A DNA stretch of 64,000 bases from Magnetospirillum sp. 64-120 (GCF_001898825.1 NZ_MKVK01000051.1), one strand, 5' to 3'; shown: positions 52,771-62,653, numbered from the stretch's first letter. Program-made: numbers and translations. The notes: a model not told the origin generated them from the sequence alone.

Positions 52771-54618
52771 TTGTGCGGTATCGCCGGCATTTTGTCGTCC
52801 CAACGAGCTGTCAATCCCGCGGCGGTCCAGGCCATGATCGGCTCCATGGCCCACCGCGGCCCCGATGGTTCGGAAGTGTGGGCCGGCGCCGAGGGGCGGC
52901 TGGTGCTGGGACACCGCCGTCTGGCGATCATCGATCCCACTCCCGCCAGCGCCCAGCCTTTCATCGCCCACGGCGTGACGCTGACCTATAATGGCGAAAT
53001 CTACAATTACCGGGAAATCCGTCAGGAACTGCTGTCACGCGGCCATGTCTTCGCCACCGAAGGCGATGCCGAGGTCATCGTCGCCGCTTGGCGGCAATGG
53101 GGCGAAGCCTGCGTCGAATTCTTCAACGGCATGTTCGCCTTCGCCCTGTGGGACCAAGCCAAGGGCCAGCTGTTCTGCGCGCGGGACCGTTTCGGCGAGA
53201 AGCCGTTTCTTTACACTCTGGGCGGCGGCTATTTCGCTTTCGCCTCTGAATACCGGGCCTTGCTGTCCCTACAACAGGTCGACGGCGACGTGGACCATGC
53301 CCGGCTGGCCCGCTTCCTGGTCTCACCCGCCGACGGCCTGGACCGAGGCGACGCCACCTTGTTCCCCGCCATCCGGCAGTTGCCACCCGCCCATGTCATG
53401 GTGCTGGACCAACACGACCTGACATCACGGCCTCGTTGTTACTGGCTGGGCAGATCCATCCGGCTGAACCGACGCCTGACCCCACAGGCCGCCGCTGATG
53501 CCTTCCGCGACCTTCTGGCCGATTCCGTCCGATTGCGCCTGCGCAGCGACGTTCCCGTCGGCTCGTGCCTGTCAGGTGGACTGGATTCCAGCGCCATCGT
53601 CTGTCTGGCGCGACGCGAACTGGGTCCCGACACCCCCTATCACACCTTTTCCGGCCGCTTCCCCGGCACCAGCGCCGACGAAGGCCCGTATATGGAATCG
53701 GTGGCTGCCTTGGCCCATCCAGTCCGTCACGATGTCGAGCCCAAGCCCGAAACCTTGCTGGCGGAATTGGGACGTTTCGCCGAAGCCAACGAACTGCCGG
53801 TGGATTCGGCCAGTCAATACGCCCAGTACTGCGTGTTCCGCCTGGCCCGTCAGAACGGTGTCAAAGTGTTGCTGGACGGTCAGGGCGCCGACGAGATCCT
53901 GGGCGGCTACGAACAATATTTCGCGGCCTACCTGCGTGGCGGCGGCGCCGATTCGCCTTTGCTGCACAGCCGTTATGGCGACGCCCTGACCCAGGTCCAG
54001 CCCTGGCATGCGCGCCTGCCCGCCGGTTTGCGCCGCTTGCTGGCGCACAATTTGGGCAAGGGCAGCGACCTGGCCTTCGGCTTGGCCGCAGACGTCCCCG
54101 TCGAACGTCGTCCCCCCGCCGCCAACCTGCACGAAGCCTTGCGGCGTGATGCCTTGGACGGCTTCCTGGGAACGTTGTTGCGGTATGGCGACCGTAATTC
54201 CATGGCCCATTCCGTCGAAGCCCGCCTGCCCTTCACCGACCACCGCATTTACGAGCTGATCCAGTCCCTACCCGTCGAATATCTGATGGGGGAAGGCGAA
54301 ACCAAGCGCCTGTTGCGTGCCGCCATGGCCGGAATCCTGCCCGACATGGTGCGGCTGCGCTGGCGCAAGCACGGCTTTGTCCCCCCCCAAGTGACCTGGC
54401 TGCACCAAGCCCTGTTGCCGGCGGTCGAGGCGGCGGTGGAAGACGGCGGCTTGTCGTCCCTGTGGGACCGCAAATGGTGGCGCGGCGCCATCCGCCGTTT
54501 CCGGGCCGGCGACACCAGCCAAGCCCCCCCCTTGTGGAAGGTGCTGGCCACCGAATCCTGGCGTGTGCATTTCCTGGGCGGTGTCGCCAGCCGTCCCAAA
54601 TTCCAGCCGCTGCTGTGA
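52771..54618 (+). CDS. Asparagine synthase-family amidotransferase (second copy, WbpS-like)
   Basis: An Ntn amidotransferase needs Cys directly after the initiator. TTG 52771 (in frame with tracked ORF 52624) gives (M)CGIAGILSS.... Further motifs are NGEIYNY and the PP-loop CLSGGLDSSAIVCL. Confidence 0.85.
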   Translation: MCGIAGILSSQRAVNPAAVQAMIGSMAHRGPDGSEVWAGAEGRLVLGHRRLAIIDPTPASAQPFIAHGVTLTYNGEIYNYREIRQELLSRGHVFATEGDAEVIVAAWRQWGEACVEFFNGMFAFALWDQAKGQLFCARDRFGEKPFLYTLGGGYFAFASEYRALLSLQQVDGDVDHARLARFLVSPADGLDRGDATLFPAIRQLPPAHVMVLDQHDLTSRPRCYWLGRSIRLNRRLTPQAAADAFRDLLADSVRLRLRSDVPVGSCLSGGLDSSAIVCLARRELGPDTPYHTFSGRFPGTSADEGPYMESVAALAHPVRHDVEPKPETLLAELGRFAEANELPVDSASQYAQYCVFRLARQNGVKVLLDGQGADEILGGYEQYFAAYLRGGGADSPLLHSRYGDALTQVQPWHARLPAGLRRLLAHNLGKGSDLAFGLAADVPVERRPPAANLHEALRRDALDGFLGTLLRYGDRNSMAHSVEARLPFTDHRIYELIQSLPVEYLMGEGETKRLLRAAMAGILPDMVRLRWRKHGFVPPQVTWLHQALLPAVEAAVEDGGLSSLWDRKWWRGAIRRFRAGDTSQAPPLWKVLATESWRVHFLGGVASRPKFQPLL

Positions 54619-54620
54619 CC

Positions 54621-54776
54621 ATGCGGCTGGTCTTCGCCAACCACTGCCGCCCCGACACCCCGCATGTCTGCGCCCGTGCCGGCCACCGTGTGACGGACGG
54701 CTTTTCGTGGAACGATTACGGCCAACGAGCCATACAATTGTACCAAATGTTGACGAACCCGAAGCCGGTATGTTGA
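54621..54776 (+). pseudogene. Collapsed GT4 glycosyltransferase remnant (N-terminus fused to C-terminus, 51 codons)
   Basis: MRLVFANHCRPDTPHVCARAGHRVT looks like a GT4 N-terminus. It is joined to DGFSWNDYGQRAIQLYQMLT, which looks like a GT4 C-terminal FSW...LY tail. Confidence 0.5.
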
Positions 54777-54815
54777 AACTGCCGGCCATCGCTTGACGAA
54801 AGAAGTGTTTCAGCC

Positions 54816-56084
54816 ATGAACAAGACTCCGAAGATCGCCGTCATCGGCCTGGGTTATGTGGGCCTGCCCTTGGCTATCGGCATCGCCCGCCACTTCCCTA
54901 CGGTGGGTTTCGATATCTCGGAGCCGCGCGTCGCCGAACTGCATCAGGGCTTCGACCGTACCGGCGAGGTGGACCGCGCCAACCTGCGGGCCAGCACCAT
55001 CAAGCTGTCGGCCAAGATCGACGACATCAAGGGCTGCGACGTCTTCATCGTCACCGTGCCCACCCCGGTCACCGACGACAACCGCCCCGACTTGGGCCCG
55101 GTGATGAGCGCGTGCAAAAGCGTCGGCGCGGTCATGGGCAAGGGCGCGGTGGTGGTGTTCGAAAGCACCGTCTATCCCGGCGTCACCGAAGACCTTTGCG
55201 GCCCGGCCCTGGAACAGGTGTCGGGGCTGAAATGCGGCACCGACTTCTTCCTGGGCTACAGCCCGGAACGCATCAATCCCGGCGACCGCGAGCACACCGT
55301 GGACCGCATCACCAAGGTGATTGCCGGCCAGACCCCCGAAATCACTGAATTGCTGGCTCGTGTCTATGGGGTGGTGACCAGCGGCGGCGTGTTCCGCGCC
55401 GCCTCGATCCGCGTCGCCGAAGCCGCCAAGGTCATCGAGAACGCCCAGCGCGACATCAACATCGCCTTCATCAACGAAATCACCCAGATCTTCCAAAAGC
55501 TGGACATCTCGGTCTATGACGTTCTGGACGCGTCCGCCACGAAGTGGAACTTCCTGAACTTCAAGCCCGGTCTGGTGGGTGGCCACTGCATCGGCGTCGA
55601 TCCGTTCTATCTGGCGCAATGCGCGCTCGACAACGGCCACCATCCGGAAGTCATCCTGGCCGGGCGCCGTATCAACGACGGCATGGGCCCGTGGATCGCC
55701 GACAAGATTTCCGATCTGCTGGCCGGTCCGTCGCGGGTGCTGATGCTGGGCCTGACCTTCAAGGAAAACGTCCCCGACCTGCGCAATTCCAAGGTCATCG
55801 ACGTCATCCGCGGCCTGCGTGCCAAGGGCCACAGCGTCGACGTGCACGATCCCTATGCCGATCCGGTCGAGGCAAAGCACGAATATGACGAGACGCTGAT
55901 CCCGGCTCTTGACGGCCTTTCCGACTATGACTGCGTGGTCGGCGCCGTTCCCCACGATTCTTATTGCGCTTTCACCCCGGAAAACTTCGACGCACTGCTG
56001 AAGCAAGGTGGCTTGATCGCCGACGTCAAGGCGCTGTGGCGTGGCAAGGAACTGCCCGCCAACATGCGTTTGTGGAGGCTTTAG
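54816..56084 (+). CDS. UDP-N-acetyl-hexosamine 6-dehydrogenase-like nucleotide-sugar dehydrogenase (TviB/WbpO/WecC-like)
   Basis: 422 aa. KIAVIGLGYVGLPLAIGIA, ESTVYPGVTE and the catalytic GGHCIGVDP. Confidence 0.88.
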   Translation: MNKTPKIAVIGLGYVGLPLAIGIARHFPTVGFDISEPRVAELHQGFDRTGEVDRANLRASTIKLSAKIDDIKGCDVFIVTVPTPVTDDNRPDLGPVMSACKSVGAVMGKGAVVVFESTVYPGVTEDLCGPALEQVSGLKCGTDFFLGYSPERINPGDREHTVDRITKVIAGQTPEITELLARVYGVVTSGGVFRAASIRVAEAAKVIENAQRDINIAFINEITQIFQKLDISVYDVLDASATKWNFLNFKPGLVGGHCIGVDPFYLAQCALDNGHHPEVILAGRRINDGMGPWIADKISDLLAGPSRVLMLGLTFKENVPDLRNSKVIDVIRGLRAKGHSVDVHDPYADPVEAKHEYDETLIPALDGLSDYDCVVGAVPHDSYCAFTPENFDALLKQGGLIADVKALWRGKELPANMRLWRL

Positions 56085-56088
56085 GCCC

Positions 56089-57030
56089 TTGCGCATCCTG
56101 TTCGTCACCGCCAGCCGCATCGGTGACGCCGTCCTATCCACCGGCTTGCTGGCGCATTTAGCCGCAACCTACCCCCAGGCCCGCTTCACCGTGGCCTGCG
56201 GGGCGCCGGCGGCACCGCTGTTCGCCGCCGCCCCCTTCGTGGAAAAAGTCATTCCCATGGTCAAGCGCAAGCGCGCCGGCCACTGGCGAGATCTTTGGAT
56301 GCAAACCGTGGGGAACTGGTGGTCATTGGTGGTCGACCTGCGCGGATCGGCTTTGGGCTACCTGGTCCCGGCTCGGCGCCGATTAGTGCTGAAATCGTCG
56401 TGGGAACCCAAGCACCGGCTTTATCACTTGACCTCGGTTCTGGGTGAAAACCAAGCCTTTGCCCCCGTCCTGTGGAACAGCCCCGACCAGATGGCCGCTG
56501 CCGTACGGCTGATCCCTGCAGGCCCCTTCACCCTGGCCCTGGGCCCCACCGCCAATTGGGGCGCCAAGCAATGGCCGGCCGACCGCTTCGCCCAAGTGGC
56601 GCAGGAACTGACCCGGGACAATCAGGGCCGCGTGGTGGTGTTCGGGGCCGAAAGCGAAAGAGCCTCGGTCCAGGGGCTGTTGCAGGCCCTGCCGCCCGAC
56701 CGCACCATCGACCTGATCGGCAAGGTCGACCTGCCCACCGTCCATGCCTGTCTGAAGCGCTGCGACCTTTATGTCGGCAACGATTCCGGGCTGATGCACA
56801 TGGCGGTGGCCGCCGGCATTCCCACCATCGGCCTGTTCGGCCCGTCCTCAGAAGTGTTTTATGGCCCCTTCGGTCCCCATTGCGTCAGCGTGCGCGGCCC
56901 CCGAAGCTTCGAGGACATCTGCCATGCCCCCGATTACGATTACCGCAGCCAGGATTGCCTGATGCTGGATCTGGAGGTGGACAAAGTGGTCACCACGGCC
57001 CACGCCCTGATCGGCACGACAGAAGGCTAG
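56089..57030 (+). CDS. GT9-family glycosyltransferase (LPS heptosyltransferase-like)
   Basis: TTG 56089, in frame and 2 nt after the upstream stop, gives (M)RILFVTASRIGDAVLSTGLLAHL. Further motifs are KQWPADRFAQVA and YVGNDSGLMHMAVAAGIPTIGLFGPS. Confidence 0.85.
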   Translation: MRILFVTASRIGDAVLSTGLLAHLAATYPQARFTVACGAPAAPLFAAAPFVEKVIPMVKRKRAGHWRDLWMQTVGNWWSLVVDLRGSALGYLVPARRRLVLKSSWEPKHRLYHLTSVLGENQAFAPVLWNSPDQMAAAVRLIPAGPFTLALGPTANWGAKQWPADRFAQVAQELTRDNQGRVVVFGAESERASVQGLLQALPPDRTIDLIGKVDLPTVHACLKRCDLYVGNDSGLMHMAVAAGIPTIGLFGPSSEVFYGPFGPHCVSVRGPRSFEDICHAPDYDYRSQDCLMLDLEVDKVVTTAHALIGTTEG

Positions 57031-57163
57031 CGGCTGTCCCCGTCCTTCAGAGGAACAACCGACAATCGTACCGACGATATCGCCTATGCCGAAGACGACC
57101 ATTACAATCCACGCGGGGCGTAGGTGATCGCCCAGTGGCTAGCGCCATGAACCTTGGGCATGG

Positions 57164-57192
57164 CTTGAACTCGGCCTTGACCCAACTTATTC
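57164..57192 (+). promoter_or_regulatory. Candidate RpoH (sigma-32)-type promoter upstream of htpX
   Basis: CTTGAA (57164-57169), then a 16-nt spacer, then CTTATTC (57186-57192). This is close to my recollection of the alphaproteobacterial sigma-32 pattern CTTGAA-N16/17-CYTATNT. GAGG SD at 57221-57224 and ATG at 57231. Confidence 0.35.
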
Positions 57193-57230
57193 CTTATTGC
57201 TGAACGTTTGGCCCGCTTCGAGGTTAAGCC

Positions 57231-58184
57231 ATGTCCTATGCCCGCACCGCACTTTTGCTTGCCGCCATGACTGGCCTGTTCCTGGCCATCGGCGCCCTGA
57301 TCGGCGGTCAAAGCGGCATGATGATCGCGCTGGTCATGGCCCTGGCCATGAACGCCTTCGCCTATTGGAATTCCGACAAGATGGTGCTGTCCATGTACGG
57401 CGCCCAACAGGTGGACCGTCACGCGGCCCCCGGTCTTGTCGCCATCGTCGAACGTCTGGCCGGCCGCGCCGGCATGCCCATGCCCAAGGTCTTCATCATC
57501 CAGTCGGACCAACCCAACGCCTTCGCCACCGGGCGTGATCCCGAGCACGCCTCGGTGGCCGCCACCACCGGCCTGCTGGACCGCCTGAGCGCCGAGGAAG
57601 TGGAAGGGGTGATGGCCCACGAACTGGCCCATGTGAAGAACCGCGACACCCTGATCATGACGATTACCGCCACCATCGCCGGCGCCATCGGCATGATCGC
57701 CAATTTTGGCATGTTCTTCGGCGGCAGCCATCGCAACGACGAGGAAGGCGGCGGCAACGGCCTGGGCATGCTGGGCGGAATCCTGATCGCGATCATAGCG
57801 CCCATGGCCGCCATGGTGGTGCAAATGGCCATTTCGCGCACCCGCGAATATGCCGCCGACGCCGAAGGCGCGCGCATCTGCGGTAACCCGCTGTGGCTGG
57901 CCAACGCCTTGGAACGCCTGGAACAGGCGGCTCATGCCATTCCCAATCCCCGGGCCGAGCACAGCCCGGCCACCGCCCATCTGTTCATCGTCAACCCACT
58001 GTCGGGCAAAGGCATGGACAACCTGTTTTCCACCCATCCCAACATGGCCAACCGGGTCGCCGCCCTGCGGGCCATGGCCGCCGAGGCCGGCATGACCTGG
58101 GACAACCGCGGTCCGGCCAGCCCGCCGCCGCAATCAGGGCCGTGGGGACGACAGCCGCCGTCCCGCAAAGGTCCTTGGGGATAA
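57231..58184 (+). CDS. htpX: Zinc metalloprotease HtpX
   Basis: 317 aa. N-terminal TM helices, [10 protein letters not shown] (HExxH) and a second TM pair. The Pro/Gly-rich tail is unusual but in frame. Confidence 0.95.
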   Translation: MSYARTALLLAAMTGLFLAIGALIGGQSGMMIALVMALAMNAFAYWNSDKMVLSMYGAQQVDRHAAPGLVAIVERLAGRAGMPMPKVFIIQSDQPNAFATGRDPEHASVAATTGLLDRLSAEEVEGVMAHELAHVKNRDTLIMTITATIAGAIGMIANFGMFFGGSHRNDEEGGGNGLGMLGGILIAIIAPMAAMVVQMAISRTREYAADAEGARICGNPLWLANALERLEQAAHAIPNPRAEHSPATAHLFIVNPLSGKGMDNLFSTHPNMANRVAALRAMAAEAGMTWDNRGPASPPPQSGPWGRQPPSRKGPWG

Positions 58185-58220
58185 TGGATTCTTTGTCGGC
58201 AATGATGTAAGGGAGGGGGC

Positions 58221-59558
58221 ATGACTCGCACGCCCTCTCCCTCGTCCCGCCCCGCCGACCCCCGGGCGCCCCGCCCCGCCGACCCACGGGTCATCGTCCT
58301 TGACCTGCTTGAAGCCGTGCTCGGCCACAAGAAGCTGTTGGACGAAGTGCTGGACTCCGACCAGCGCCTGCCCAAGCTGAGCGAGCGCGACCGCGGTTTC
58401 GCCCGCCTGCTGGTAGCCACTACCTTGCGGCGTCTGGGACAACTTGACACCCTGGTCGACCGCTGCCTGGAACGCCCCTTGCCGGCCAAGGCGGTGCGCG
58501 TGCGCAACATGCTGCGCATCGGCGCGGCGCAATTGCTGATTCTGCAAACCCCGCCCCACGCCGCCATCTCCACCACCGTCGACTTGGCCAAGAATTCGTC
58601 TTTGGCCGGTTTCTCCAAGCTGATCAACGCCGTTCTGCGTCGCCTGGACCGCGAAGGCCGCGCCTGGATGGCCGAACAGGACGCAGCACAGCTGAACACC
58701 CCGGCCTGGCTGTGGGAATCCTGGCTGCAGGCCTATGGGGTGGAAACCGCCACCGCCATCGCCGGCGCCCACCTGCTGGAAGCCCCGGTGGACATCACCG
58801 TCGCCGGCGACCCGGCCTTGTGGGCGGAACGCCTGCAGGCGGAGATCATGCCCACCGGCACGCTTCGCCGCTTTGGCGGCGGCGACATCACCCAGTTGCC
58901 CGGCTTCGCCGAAGGCGCCTGGTGGGTGCAGGATCTGGCGGCGTCGCTGCCGGCCAAGCTGATGGGACCGGTCAAGGGCAAGCGCGTCGCCGACCTGTGT
59001 GCCGCCCCTGGCGGCAAGGCGCTGCAGCTGGCGGTGGCCGGTGCCGACGTGACCGCCGTGGACCGCTCGGCCAAGCGCATGATTCGCTTCCGCCGCAACC
59101 TGGAACGGCTGAAACTGGCCGCCACCATCGTCGAAACCGACGTCGCCGGCTGGACCCCGCCCGCCCCCTTCGACGCGGTACTGCTGGACGCTCCCTGCAC
59201 CGCCACCGGCACCTTCCGCCGCCATCCCGACGGGCCGCACCAGAAAGGCCCGGGTGACGTCGCCTATCTGGCCGACCAGCAGCACATGTTGCTGAAGGCC
59301 GCCGCCGACATGCTCAAACCCGGCGGTATCCTGGTTTACTGCGTCTGTTCGCTGGAGCCCCAGGAAGGCGAAGGCCAGATCGACCGATTGCTGGCCAGCG
59401 GCGTCACCTTGGTCCGCGACCCCATCACCGCAGCCGAAGTGCCAGGCTTGGAACAGGTGCTGACGGCGCAAGGCGAAATCCGCACCCTGCCCCATTATCT
59501 GGGGGACAAAGGCGGTATGGACGCCTTTTTCATCGCCCGGCTGCGGCGTCCGGCATGA
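58221..59558 (+). CDS. rsmB: 16S rRNA (cytosine-C5)-methyltransferase, RsmB/Sun family
   Basis: 445 aa. An N-terminal NusB-like domain, then DLCAAPGGKALQLA, LLDAPCTATGTFRRHPD and YCVCSLEPQEGE. Confidence 0.9.
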   Translation: MTRTPSPSSRPADPRAPRPADPRVIVLDLLEAVLGHKKLLDEVLDSDQRLPKLSERDRGFARLLVATTLRRLGQLDTLVDRCLERPLPAKAVRVRNMLRIGAAQLLILQTPPHAAISTTVDLAKNSSLAGFSKLINAVLRRLDREGRAWMAEQDAAQLNTPAWLWESWLQAYGVETATAIAGAHLLEAPVDITVAGDPALWAERLQAEIMPTGTLRRFGGGDITQLPGFAEGAWWVQDLAASLPAKLMGPVKGKRVADLCAAPGGKALQLAVAGADVTAVDRSAKRMIRFRRNLERLKLAATIVETDVAGWTPPAPFDAVLLDAPCTATGTFRRHPDGPHQKGPGDVAYLADQQHMLLKAAADMLKPGGILVYCVCSLEPQEGEGQIDRLLASGVTLVRDPITAAEVPGLEQVLTAQGEIRTLPHYLGDKGGMDAFFIARLRRPA

Positions 59559-60790
59559 ATTGGAATACCAAGTTCTCGTGGTCGGGACTGGTGGCTATTC
59601 CGGCCTGGTTCCTGATCCCTGGATTTGGGTGCTACCTTCCCAACGCCTTGATCGTCGTCCTCAGCATCTGCGCAGCGGTCGGTCTGGCCGAGATGATCTG
59701 GCGGCGTGATCGCCCTTGCTCTCCCACACCTGTCATCTGGACCATCCTTGCCCTGGCCGGCTGGGCGGCGCTCTCGGCGTCTTGGGCCCTGGATGGCGGA
59801 GCCGCGGCCAGAGGTGCTGCCGGACTGTTGGGAGTGGCCGTCATCCTGATCATGCTGTGGCAGGCGAACAGCTATCTTTCCGCACAAGAAAAGCGCTGGA
59901 TGTCCACCGCCTATTTGATCGGCACTTTTGTCGCCGTCGCCATGCTAACCGTCGACATCTTTTCCAACGCCCAACTGGCGGCATGGTTTCGCGACTACGA
60001 CAACACCGACGTTCTTCAAAACGAACTGGCGCACCGATCCCTCAATCGCGGCATCACCCTGCTGGCTTTCTACATGCCGGTTTACATCCTGGTGGCTTGG
60101 CGCTGCACCATCCCCTATCTGCGGCCGATTGCCCTGGCGGTGGCCGCCATCGCGCTGGTCTATTGTCTGAACTCGGGCAAGGACGCCATCATCCTGGCCG
60201 GCGCGGCGGCCATCCTCTTCGCTTTCCTCCCCTTCCGTCCCTGGCGGGCGACCCGCTGGCTGTTGATCATGGGCTTTTGCACCTATGTGGCCGCCATCCC
60301 CTTTGTCACCCGTCTCATTCCGCCGCCGCAAGTCATCTGGGAGGAATTTCGACATTTTCCGCCCTCGCTGCAGCACCGTCTGTTCATCTGGAGCTTCACC
60401 AACCAGCGTATCGCCGAGAAGCCCCTTTTGGGGTGGGGCATGAACTCGGCCAAGATCATTCCGGGCGGAGACCGGGACGTGACCGTCGGCTGGGGGACGG
60501 GAGAACTGCAATGGAGGGCTCTGCCGTTGCACCCCCACAACGCCGTCCTTCAATGGTGGCTTGAACTGGGCCTGGTGGGGGCGCTGATCGCCACCGGCGG
60601 GGTGGCCGCCCTGATATCGGCCTTGTGGCGACAGTCGGACCCGGGCAAACGCATGGCCAGCGCCGCTTGTCTGGGGGCGGCCCTGATCGTTTCCCTGCTC
60701 AGCTTCGGGGCCTGGCAAAGCTGGTGGCTGGCCGGCATGATCATCGTCGCCTGGATGTTCAAAATCCTCGACCCACTTGACCAAGCTTAA
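59555..60790 (+). CDS. O-antigen ligase / Wzy_C-domain membrane protein (WaaL- or PglL-like)
   Basis: 411 aa, polytopic. The periplasmic loop has LPLHPHNAVLQWWLELGLVGAL (the H..N..L....E.G..G signature of the Wzy_C domain). ATGA overlap with rsmB. Confidence 0.8.
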   Translation: MNWNTKFSWSGLVAIPAWFLIPGFGCYLPNALIVVLSICAAVGLAEMIWRRDRPCSPTPVIWTILALAGWAALSASWALDGGAAARGAAGLLGVAVILIMLWQANSYLSAQEKRWMSTAYLIGTFVAVAMLTVDIFSNAQLAAWFRDYDNTDVLQNELAHRSLNRGITLLAFYMPVYILVAWRCTIPYLRPIALAVAAIALVYCLNSGKDAIILAGAAAILFAFLPFRPWRATRWLLIMGFCTYVAAIPFVTRLIPPPQVIWEEFRHFPPSLQHRLFIWSFTNQRIAEKPLLGWGMNSAKIIPGGDRDVTVGWGTGELQWRALPLHPHNAVLQWWLELGLVGALIATGGVAALISALWRQSDPGKRMASAACLGAALIVSLLSFGAWQSWWLAGMIIVAWMFKILDPLDQA

Positions 60791-60850
60791 TTCTGGCTGC
60801 TGCGCCGCACCCTATACTAGGATCGTTCCAGTTTCCTTCTGGGGTTCGCC

Positions 60851-61837
60851 ATGATCGATCCGTTCGGTCGTTCTGTCAGTTATCTGCGGGTTTCGGTCAC
60901 CGACCGTTGTGATCTTCGCTGTGTCTACTGCATGGCCGAAGACATGAGCTTTCTGCCCAAATCCGACGTGCTGAGCCTGGAAGAGCTGGAGCGTCTGTGC
61001 ACCGCCTTCGTGCGCAAAGGCGTCCGGCGCATCCGCCTGACCGGCGGCGAGCCTTTGGTTCGCCGCAACATCATGACCCTGATCGCCAATATCGGGGAAC
61101 TGGTCAAGGCGGGCGCCATGGACGAGTTGACCCTGACCACCAACGGTACCCAATTGTCCAAATACGCCGAAGGACTGGCCAGCGCCGGAATCCGGCGCAT
61201 CAACGTGTCGCTGGATACCCTGGACGCCGACAAGTTCGCCGCCGTCACCCGCTGGGGCAAGCTGGATCAGGTGCTGGAGGGCATCATGGCCGCCAAGCAG
61301 GCGGGGCTGGCCATCAAGATCAACACGGTGGCGCTGAAAGGCGTCAATGACGGCGAATACGACCGTTTGGTGGAATGGTGCGGCCGGCACGGCTTTGATC
61401 TGTGCCTGATCGAGACCATGCCCATGGGCGAGGTTCACAGCGATCGCATGGAGCAATACCTGCCCCTGTCGCAGATTCGCGAATCCCTGTCGCGGAATTG
61501 GACGCTGACCGACAGCGATTACCGCACCGGCGGCCCCGCCCGCTATGTGCAGGTGGCGCAAACCGGACGGCGGGTCGGCTTCATCACCCCGATGACCCAT
61601 AATTTCTGCGAATCGTGCAACCGGGTGCGCATCACCTGCACCGGCACCCTTTACATGTGCCTGGGCCAGGACGACGCCGTCGACCTGCGCGCCCCCTTGC
61701 GCGGCAGCGAAGGCGACGAAGCGTTGGGACGCGCCATCGACGACGCCATCGCCAAAAAACCCAAGGGCCACGATTTCGTCATCGAGCGCGGCGGCGTTCC
61801 CGCGGTCGGCCGCCATATGAGCGTGACGGGCGGCTGA
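60851..61837 (+). CDS. moaA: GTP 3',8-cyclase (molybdenum cofactor biosynthesis protein A)
   Basis: 328 aa. [18 protein letters not shown] (radical-SAM CxxxCxxC), the C-terminal cluster region [14 protein letters not shown], and it ends in GG. Confidence 0.95.
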   Translation: MIDPFGRSVSYLRVSVTDRCDLRCVYCMAEDMSFLPKSDVLSLEELERLCTAFVRKGVRRIRLTGGEPLVRRNIMTLIANIGELVKAGAMDELTLTTNGTQLSKYAEGLASAGIRRINVSLDTLDADKFAAVTRWGKLDQVLEGIMAAKQAGLAIKINTVALKGVNDGEYDRLVEWCGRHGFDLCLIETMPMGEVHSDRMEQYLPLSQIRESLSRNWTLTDSDYRTGGPARYVQVAQTGRRVGFITPMTHNFCESCNRVRITCTGTLYMCLGQDDAVDLRAPLRGSEGDEALGRAIDDAIAKKPKGHDFVIERGGVPAVGRHMSVTGG

Positions 61838-61885
61838 TCCCTTCCTATACTGGGGGCCGTCCCGCAGCCACGTCGCGCCGCCGCC

Positions 61886-62653
61886 ATGTATTACAACAAG
61901 ATCGCCTTCGTCGCCGCCGACACTCCTGCGGCCCAGGTCGCCTTGACGCGGTTGTTGAACAATTACCCCCATGTTCCGCCGGAACAGGCCGAGGTGATCG
62001 TCGCCCTGGGCGGTGACGGCTTCGTCCTGGAAACCCTGCACCGCTGGATCGACCGCCAAGTGCCCATTTATGGCATGAACCGGGGAACCGTCGGCTTCTT
62101 GATGAATTCCTTCCGCGAGCACGGTCTGGTGGACCGCCTGCACAAAGCCCAACCGGTGGTGCTGCACCCGCTGCGCATGAAGGCCCGGCTGGCCGACGGC
62201 TCGGAAGTGGAGGCCCTGGCCATCAACGAAGTGTCGCTGTTCCGCCAAACGCGTCAAGCGGCCAAGATCCGCATCCGCATCGACGGCAAGGAACGCATGG
62301 ACGAACTGATCTGCGACGGCGTCATGGTGGCCACCGCCGCCGGCTCCACCGCCTACAACCTGTCGGCCCACGGCCCGATCATCCCCATGGGCTCCGACAT
62401 TCTGGCCCTGACCCCCATTTCCGCCTTCCGCCCCCGGCGCTGGCGCGGCGCGCTGTTGCCCCGGCACGCCCGGGTCAACTTCCAGGTGCTGGAAACCGCC
62501 AAGCGTCCGGTTTCCGCCGTCGCCGACTACACCGAGGCCCGCGATGTGGTGGAAGTGGACGTACGCGAGGACCGATCCGTCGGCCTGACCCTGTTGTTCG
62601 ACCCCGAACACAATCTGGAAGAACGCATCCTGGCCGAGCAGTTCCAGTCGTGA
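61886..62653 (+). CDS. nadK: NAD kinase
   Basis: 255 aa. The GGDG motif ([15 protein letters not shown]), GTVGFLMN and [17 protein letters not shown]. Confidence 0.92.
   Translation: MYYNKIAFVAADTPAAQVALTRLLNNYPHVPPEQAEVIVALGGDGFVLETLHRWIDRQVPIYGMNRGTVGFLMNSFREHGLVDRLHKAQPVVLHPLRMKARLADGSEVEALAINEVSLFRQTRQAAKIRIRIDGKERMDELICDGVMVATAAGSTAYNLSAHGPIIPMGSDILALTPISAFRPRRWRGALLPRHARVNFQVLETAKRPVSAVADYTEARDVVEVDVREDRSVGLTLLFDPEHNLEERILAEQFQS

Noticed and set aside
58247-58290. 24-nt-period tandem duplication in the rsmB 5' end (ccgccccgccgacccccggg / ccgccccgccgacccacggg, encoding RPADPRAP/RPADPRVI)
   Set aside because: It is real in the sequence (19/20 match). However, it is an in-frame duplication in a Pro-rich N-terminal linker of a housekeeping gene. 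It is probably slippage with no functional implication.
60791-60850. Possible Moco riboswitch upstream of moaA
   Set aside because: Only 60 nt separate the upstream stop from the moaA ATG, which is too short for the ~130-nt Moco RNA motif. I saw no conserved stem architecture.
1710-62611. Many long antisense or off-frame ORFs (1710-2999, 4188-5330, 5706-7178, 7034-7834, 8119-8949, 9036-10472, 20926-22365, 29484-30338, 34387-35238, 37225-38043, 40252-41124, 41623-42546, 46472-48256, 50120-51334, 54810-56141, 57102-58133, 58134-59495, 60812-62611 and others)
   Set aside because: Each overlaps a gene on the other strand or in another frame that has clear family motifs. Their translations are dominated by G/R/A/D/H/Q runs, the expected artefact of ~65% GC sequence with few stop codons.
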